From assembly GCA_964641915.1 (NCBI GenBank), contig CAZXNN010000001.1, positions 1 through 53,222 of the forward strand: 53,222 bases of DNA, read 5' to 3'. The notes beneath the pieces were generated by a model. That model was not told the DNA's origin. It was given only the letters and a program-made list of their open reading frames with translations, and made no database searches. A program made the position numbers and the translations under genes. Position 1 is the stretch's first letter, and each line of letters starts with the position of its first letter. Below, one piece after another: positions 47,413 to 53,222 of this stretch. The stretch comes from an uncultured Nitrospira sp. GTDB lineage: Bacteria; Nitrospirota; Nitrospiria; Nitrospirales; Nitrospiraceae.

Positions 47413-48309
47413 CTAGCTACGACACTCCAGAGCCTGAGAGGCCCTCTTTTCATGCTCGAGCAACCAGAGCGGTCGCATGACTTGAGCAATCGAGCCAAAT
47501 TGAAAATCTTCAAGAAGTGCGCCCAAACGCTCTTCCGTCTTATGTAGATTGAGATAGTGTCTGAACTGTGACAGCCATGACCCATCCATGCGAGGCTGCT
47601 CGGGATCAAACTCCCAGGGGTGAAGGTACATCACAAGTTTAGCCCCTTGACGCTCAAGGCGCCGCAGGAAGCTCCTGGATGCTGCATAGGGGAACAGGCG
47701 AAAATATCCGCCACCAGCTACGGGAATTTGGAGGCCTAGCATCTCGAGCGTAGAAGGAGGCACTTCCCATATTTTTCCAGCTGAAGTGGCGATTTCAAAG
47801 CCGCAGGCAGGTCGTCTCTCTGCCTCTGTCCGACGAAACCGATCGTAGATACTGGAATCGTAGGTATAACCTTCCTCGACTAATATCGAGAGCGCCCAGG
47901 CCGTCTCAGACGTGATAGAAAAACTCGGAGCCCGATAGCCGACCACTGAACTTCCCGTTAGGTTCTCCAAGATCTGCTTAGCAACTCTCACATCCTGGCG
48001 AAACCGTTCAGGTGACTGAGTAGTCACTAATTCGTGTCCATATCCATGAGAAGCCACCTCATGCCCCTGAGCCGCCAGCGACTTGACCAGGTCTGGATGC
48101 CGTTCCGCAACCCATCCCAGGATAAAAAAGGTGGCCTTCATTCCATGCGTCGCGAGGAGGTCCGCCAGCAATCGCGTATTTCTCTCGACCCGGCTTTCGT
48201 ACTGGCCCCATTGCCGTCGTCTCTCGTCCGACCAGAATGCCGAAACCTGAAAATGCTCCTCGACGTCAAAGGAAAGACAATGAATAGGCCTCTCCGCTGC
48301 CACGCTCAT
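47413..48309 (-). CDS. XrtA/PEP-CTERM system polysaccharide deacetylase (CE4, DUF3473)
   Basis: SFDVEEHFQV, ATFFILGWVAE, HEVASHGYGH, GYRAPSFSI, YDSS, GGGYFRL, YLHPWEFDPEQP. Confidence 0.92.
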   Translation of the reverse strand: MSVAAERPIHCLSFDVEEHFQVSAFWSDERRRQWGQYESRVERNTRLLADLLATHGMKATFFILGWVAERHPDLVKSLAAQGHEVASHGYGHELVTTQSPERFRQDVRVAKQILENLTGSSVVGYRAPSFSITSETAWALSILVEEGYTYDSSIYDRFRRTEAERRPACGFEIATSAGKIWEVPPSTLEMLGLQIPVAGGGYFRLFPYAASRSFLRRLERQGAKLVMYLHPWEFDPEQPRMDGSWLSQFRHYLNLHKTEERLGALLEDFQFGSIAQVMRPLWLLEHEKRASQALECRS

Positions 48310-49394
48310 CGCGCACCTTCTCCTCGCAGAATGACTCGTATGGTTTCAATCAGAATGCGAAGATCCAGCCGCAGAGAGAGGTACTTGACGTAGTAGAGAT
48401 CATACTGCAGCTTTACATGGGAATCTTCCGCCGAGGCTCCGTACCGAAACTGAGTTTGAGCCCATCCGGTAATTCCCGGTCGAACGACATGCCGGAGGTC
48501 ATAAAAAGGGATGACCGATCTCAATTCCTGAACAAAGACCGGTCGCTCAGGACGTGGCCCCACCAAACTCATCTCACCATGAATGACATTGATGAGCTGC
48601 GGCAATTCATCAAGTCTCCACTTTCGCAAATACCACCCCACACGTGAGATTCTGGGATCCCGCTCAGATGTCCATCTGGCGCCCCCTTTTTCTGCATCCG
48701 TAAACATGGAGCGGAATTTCCAGATCATATAGGGCTGCGCGCGAAGGCCCACCCGAACCTGCCGATAGAAGATCGGCCCAGGAGAATCCAGCTTGATAAG
48801 TATCCCGATCACAGCCAAGAGGGGAAGGATAACCACCAAACCTACTAATGCAATCAACAGATCGATTGAGCGCTTCATCGTTCTGACAACGATGCCTCGC
48901 TTAAACTCTCTGGAGAAAATAATTGCGCTGGGCTTCAAATCATCGATTGAAAGCCGGCCGGACTCTTCCTCATAGAGATGATTGCCGTCCCAAATGTCGA
49001 CTCCCATCCCCTTCAAGTCCAGCAATACTTGGACGGGAAGTACGGCTCGGCGATCCTCCAAGCACACTGCGATCGTATCTACGCGATCGCGTTCAACCAC
49101 CGAAAGGAGTTGGTCTATCGTCCCTAGAACCTTCACACCGGATAACTCTGTACCGACTTGTGTGTTTTCCTTGGCAAGGAAGCCAATGACATCAGTAAAC
49201 ACTCTGCTCCTCGATACCAGCACGGAGCACAGATTGTTCGCCAGCGACCCAACCCCTAATATCAGGATTCGCCGACGCGCCCCCGGCACCCTAAAGATCG
49301 CCTTCGGGGCATGATCGACAGGCAAGATCACCAGTTTCTCCGTGCGTGATCTATCTGAGTTGGGTACGGTGAGGTTCATAGACCTTATTGCCAT
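48306..49394 (-). CDS. Priming polyprenyl-phosphate sugar phosphotransferase (PEP-CTERM/EpsB-type), N-terminally short
   Basis: KRSIDL, DSPGPIFYRQ.RVG, KFRSM, DPRI, RLDELPQL, MSLVGPRPE, RPGITGWAQ, KLQYDLYY. Confidence 0.9.
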   Translation of the reverse strand: MAIRSMNLTVPNSDRSRTEKLVILPVDHAPKAIFRVPGARRRILILGVGSLANNLCSVLVSRSRVFTDVIGFLAKENTQVGTELSGVKVLGTIDQLLSVVERDRVDTIAVCLEDRRAVLPVQVLLDLKGMGVDIWDGNHLYEEESGRLSIDDLKPSAIIFSREFKRGIVVRTMKRSIDLLIALVGLVVILPLLAVIGILIKLDSPGPIFYRQVRVGLRAQPYMIWKFRSMFTDAEKGGARWTSERDPRISRVGWYLRKWRLDELPQLINVIHGEMSLVGPRPERPVFVQELRSVIPFYDLRHVVRPGITGWAQTQFRYGASAEDSHVKLQYDLYYVKYLSLRLDLRILIETIRVILRGEGAR

Positions 49395-51657
49395 AGCTAT
49401 AATATGAATACGGCGAATCCTGCTCTTCCACTCCGTTTAGTATCACCCCCATCGGCCGCTCTTGCCCCACCATTTTCATGGCACTCATGACGGCATCGCG
49501 AGGAGTGCTGCGGGCGCGAATCACATGCGCCACAACGTCTGCCATTCTCACAATTAAAAGGGACTCGGCAACGGGCAACAAGGGTGGCGCATCGAGTACA
49601 ATGCATTCAAATTTCTCGCGCAAATTGCTGATGAGTTTGGACAGCCGGTCCACGTGAGTTAAGGCCGCGATTCCAGACTGGATAATGCCAGCGGGAAGGA
49701 TCCAGACCCCTAGCTGTTCATGATACTCAAGACACTCCTCAAACTGCTTTTCTCCGAGTAGTACTTCACTCAATCCCACGCCCAGTTCCATCCCGGCATA
49801 GGCATGCACCATTGGGCGTTTCAAGTCACAGTCCACCAACACCGTCTTCTTATTGAGATCTCTGGCAAAAACATGGGCGAGATTGAGGGCGGTGGACGTC
49901 TTTCCTTCTCCCATCAGCGCACTCGCCATCACGATCACGGTGCTTTCCTGCTGACCTGCCATCAATCCAATTCGCGTTGCCGCGACTCGATACTGCTCTG
50001 CTACCGCGGACCTTGGGTACCACATCGCGACGAGTTCCGGCCCTACCGAAACCTGCCCACGCTCAGCCAGGGGGCCTCCGTTCGCGACGAGCAGTCCTTC
50101 TTTCCGCCTACCTGGAAGGGCCAGCAACCGGTCCTTACGGCGACCTGTATCTGCCGTCAGTTTCGCTCCCCCCGGCCAAGCCGACTCAAAATGAGAGATT
50201 ACCGCAAAGACCGGCAACCCCAGTGTGACTTCGACCTCTTCCGCCGACACGAATCCTCGGCGAAGCATTTCAACGCCGATCGCGCTGCCAAATCCAAGCG
50301 CACAGCCTGCAGCCAGACCTCCCAGCATAACCATCATCAAGTTCGGCTTCTCCGGCCATGTGGGCAGACTGGCAGGTTCCACAATGCGCATCTGCGTGCC
50401 TTGCCGCTTCGTCTCGAGATCTCCGGCCATGCCAACCGTCAATTTCTTTTCCAGAAGCGACTGATAATTTTTCTGGAGATTGTCGTAGTCCCGTTGGATG
50501 GACATGAGTTCTTGCTGATGGACCGTGGTGCCTTCGATTCGCGACTCGTACTTTTTTATATCCGAGGTGATACGAACCTGTCTGAGACGGAGCAATTCCT
50601 GCTCGCGCAATAAGTCGTCCCGCTGCTTGAGCAATTCGGCCTTATATGGATCGACAGGTTTGCGCTTCGGCCTCCTAGGCCCATCAATCTCGGCCGCTTC
50701 GGGCTCGATATACAGCGCGATATACTCTTCGGTGGTCATGGCTTGAATCTGGCTCAACTCGTTCTTCACCCGAGCTACGTCCGGATAGGTTTCTTTGTAC
50801 ATTGATCGATACCCGGCCAGAGTCCGCTCCAACTCTCTGATCTTGACCAGTCGAGGGTCCTTTTCAGCCCGCTTAGGACTGACGTCACTGGAAGGATCCT
50901 CATATTCTCTGATGGCCTTGTCCACAGACTCGAGACGAAGATTCAAGGTCTTATCCATCTCTTGCTGCGCCGTCATCTCATTCTCAAGCCGATCGATCGC
51001 ACGCATATTTGAGTCCATTTGCTCAGGCAACTGCCCAAGATGGGACTGTTTGAACTGAGCGATGGCCCGCTCCTTAATCTCCAACTGCCCTTTTAAAACA
51101 TCCAATTCGTGCTGCAAAAACTCGGTCGAACTTTGAGCAATCGCCGTCCTCGACTTTGTATTTTCCTGAATGAAAAGGTCGGCGAATCTTGCCGTCACGG
51201 CTTTGGCAATCAACGGATCAGCATCTGAAAAAGAGACTTTTAGAAGACCGCTGCCTTGCGACTCAAGCTTCACAAGCTGTCTGAGGGCTGATGCAACACC
51301 GGTGTCCATGGCAGGCGTCGCATTTTCTTTGTAGTAGCCGTACAGATGAAACTCCTCAGCGACTTGCGTCAACAGATCCGGCCGATACAGAACTTCTTTA
51401 AGCGCATCAATGCGCGTTCCCATTGCAAGATCCGGCCGATTCGCGTCTCCACCCGATTCCGGGGCATCGACACCTTTTATGCCCCGCACCTTCTGTTCTT
51501 GGTAATAGAGCAGGGTATTGGACCGATAACTCTTGGGCAACCAATAACAGAGCAACGCTGCCAGTCCAATGCAGACCACAATCGGAATGACAATCATCCA
51601 CTTATGATTTTTTATCGCCCTGAAATAGTCTTCAGGAGTACTCAGCCCTGTAAACAA
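49351..51657 (-). CDS. wzc: Wzc-type polysaccharide copolymerase / BY-kinase fusion
   Basis: Two TM segments flanking a coiled-coil periplasmic domain, Walker A GEGKTS, A' VDCDLKRP, B LDAPP, and C-terminal Tyr cluster YSYYSY..VY. TTG start after AAGGAG. Confidence 0.9.
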   Translation of the reverse strand: MFTGLSTPEDYFRAIKNHKWMIVIPIVVCIGLAALLCYWLPKSYRSNTLLYYQEQKVRGIKGVDAPESGGDANRPDLAMGTRIDALKEVLYRPDLLTQVAEEFHLYGYYKENATPAMDTGVASALRQLVKLESQGSGLLKVSFSDADPLIAKAVTARFADLFIQENTKSRTAIAQSSTEFLQHELDVLKGQLEIKERAIAQFKQSHLGQLPEQMDSNMRAIDRLENEMTAQQEMDKTLNLRLESVDKAIREYEDPSSDVSPKRAEKDPRLVKIRELERTLAGYRSMYKETYPDVARVKNELSQIQAMTTEEYIALYIEPEAAEIDGPRRPKRKPVDPYKAELLKQRDDLLREQELLRLRQVRITSDIKKYESRIEGTTVHQQELMSIQRDYDNLQKNYQSLLEKKLTVGMAGDLETKRQGTQMRIVEPASLPTWPEKPNLMMVMLGGLAAGCALGFGSAIGVEMLRRGFVSAEEVEVTLGLPVFAVISHFESAWPGGAKLTADTGRRKDRLLALPGRRKEGLLVANGGPLAERGQVSVGPELVAMWYPRSAVAEQYRVAATRIGLMAGQQESTVIVMASALMGEGKTSTALNLAHVFARDLNKKTVLVDCDLKRPMVHAYAGMELGVGLSEVLLGEKQFEECLEYHEQLGVWILPAGIIQSGIAALTHVDRLSKLISNLREKFECIVLDAPPLLPVAESLLIVRMADVVAHVIRARSTPRDAVMSAMKMVGQERPMGVILNGVEEQDSPYSYYSYGNKVYEPHRTQLR

Positions 51658-51661
51658 TCTC

Positions 51662-53203
51662 TTACTCCTTCTTTAATACGCCGGATCCAGAAGAACCACT
51701 TCCTGTCGCTGCGCCAGAGGGAACAGTTACGCCCTCTGTGGATTCCGAAGACTCAAGACTCCCCAATCCGCCCATTTGGAAGAACGATTGACTCGTGAAC
51801 GCGTAGGAGAGCGACAACATGATCATCTTTTTCGAGAAGGCATACTCACTCTGGGTCTGCGCTGTTTGAGCAAACGAGCTTGAGAAATACAGCCAGTTAT
51901 AGGTGAGATTAACCATTACCGGCCCCAGGAGATAGCTGGCCCCCGCCGTCGCTCCAAGCGTGTCAAAACTCGAAGCAGGCGTACTCGTGCTTCCATGCGA
52001 GAAATTCATTCCCGCCTGAGCCGTGAGTTTAGACGTAACTCCCGCACTCGCATTGACACCGACCACATGCGTCTTCATTGGCCCAGCATTTAAGGCGTAA
52101 CTTGGGAAAATGCTGAAGCTATAACTCAGCGATGTCGTGAAAGCGCCTGGTGCAATGACGCCTCCTGAGGCCAGGCTACCGGCCACCCTCGGCAAATTAT
52201 CAAACGGCCCCGGCGCCGCCCCCGCTGCCCGCAACCCTTCCGAAAACGAACTGTACGTCATTCTGACCGTCCCAGTCGGTGCGAAAGTTGACTTGATTGA
52301 TTGACCTGGAACGGCTGATTCAATAGGAAGAGTAAATATCCCGCCTCCTCCGATCGAGCTACTTAGCTTTTGCGTCCAGAGCTTGCTCCAATTCGCCGTC
52401 CCTGAAATAGTGGTAAAGGAGCCCCCTCCTCCAGTGGCTCCTTCCTGAATATAATGCGACATCGTCGCAGTAGTCCCCAGTGTGTCAGTCGGCGACACCC
52501 TCGTCGTCAGTCCGGTCGTTGTTGTGTGTCCGTCTGTACCGAACAGCTGATTATTAACTCCACCTGATTGCCCCCCAAAAGTGAGCCTTGTATAGCCGTA
52601 GCTAGCTATAAACGACGTATTCCTCGAGAGATCATATCCTCCGTTAATCGCAAGGTTCATATTATGCATCGACACCCGATTGGTGATGAGTCCTGTATCG
52701 ACTGGAGAGTTGATGCCGGTCGTACCGAACCCTGTTCCCAGTGCCCCGCCCGTCGTCGCCCCGAACCCGCTTAATGAGGGCGTAAACTGATAGGTTCCTC
52801 GAACGGACAAGGCCGAGATCCGCTGCGAAAAACTATTGGCCCAGCGCTTCAAATCCAGCTGCCCAGCCGTATTAATACCAGTGTAGTCGAGGCTGGGATT
52901 ATTGATATACTTTGTGATATTAGCACCCACTGACAAGCTGCCATTTACGCGCGGGCCTGCGTGAGCAAGATTGATCTGCGGTATCACCATAGTCATAAAG
53001 TCTTCTGCTTTGAAACCGGGGCTCAGCAATGTTTTCGGAGTATAGAACACGTTTGAGTCATAGGTCTCTGAGACCGACAATGTTGGAATGATGATTGTTT
53101 GGGCCCACGCGGACGTTCCCGTAGACCACCAGGCAAGCAGCCCCATCAATAGAATGGCATTTACTATTCGGAAGCCGGCATCACGGTACAACAATGACGT
53201 CAC
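51662..53203 (-). CDS. Predicted outer-membrane beta-barrel of the EPS export machinery
   Basis: Signal peptide (..TSAWA-Q), IIPTLSVSETYDSNV, alternating beta-strand pattern, terminal-type strand MLSLSYAF. Located directly upstream of wzc. Confidence 0.7.
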   Translation of the reverse strand: MTSLLYRDAGFRIVNAILLMGLLAWWSTGTSAWAQTIIIPTLSVSETYDSNVFYTPKTLLSPGFKAEDFMTMVIPQINLAHAGPRVNGSLSVGANITKYINNPSLDYTGINTAGQLDLKRWANSFSQRISALSVRGTYQFTPSLSGFGATTGGALGTGFGTTGINSPVDTGLITNRVSMHNMNLAINGGYDLSRNTSFIASYGYTRLTFGGQSGGVNNQLFGTDGHTTTTGLTTRVSPTDTLGTTATMSHYIQEGATGGGGSFTTISGTANWSKLWTQKLSSSIGGGGIFTLPIESAVPGQSIKSTFAPTGTVRMTYSSFSEGLRAAGAAPGPFDNLPRVAGSLASGGVIAPGAFTTSLSYSFSIFPSYALNAGPMKTHVVGVNASAGVTSKLTAQAGMNFSHGSTSTPASSFDTLGATAGASYLLGPVMVNLTYNWLYFSSSFAQTAQTQSEYAFSKKMIMLSLSYAFTSQSFFQMGGLGSLESSESTEGVTVPSGAATGSGSSGSGVLKKE

Positions 53204-53222
53204 CAGCCTTCAGAATGAAATT

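Noticed and set aside
1-53222. CRISPR arrays, tRNA/rRNA, IS elements, prophage or defence genes
   Set aside because: No regularly spaced repeats, RNA gene signatures, transposase/integrase or nuclease motifs were seen.

Overview
The window is one continuous minus-strand surface-polysaccharide locus: about 44 intact genes, 2 decayed glycosyltransferase remnants and 1 gene truncated at the left edge. I see no rRNA, tRNA, CRISPR array, transposase or integrase. Reading in transcription order from the right end, it starts with exosortase/PEP-CTERM-type EPS core genes: a predicted outer-membrane beta-barrel, a Wzc-type copolymerase/tyrosine kinase, a priming sugar transferase and an XrtA-type polysaccharide deacetylase. 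About 45 kb of mosaic variable cargo follows. This includes a Wzm/Wzt ABC exporter and a CDP-sugar cassette (RfbF, SDR, C-methyltransferase, RfbC, DUF4910, putative Fe(II)/2OG dioxygenase, SDR, nucleotidyltransferase). Next come a Tat-linked GMC dehydrogenase pair and a GT-C/GT2/YdjC-deacetylase/methyltransferase module. The rest is ArnT-like GT-Cs, SGNH proteins, a beta-helix lipoprotein, many GT2/GT4 enzymes, an O-carbamoyltransferase, UDP-GlcA decarboxylase and an AlgD-like dehydrogenase. The locus then returns to PEP-CTERM-associated genes (GT4, FemAB-like). Gene style is reminiscent of Nitrospira, which is an inference only. The best candidates for novel biology are the GMC plus lipid-linked sugar transfer module and the C-methyl-sugar/DUF4910/dioxygenase cassette. 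All calls come from motif recognition by eye, with no database searches.
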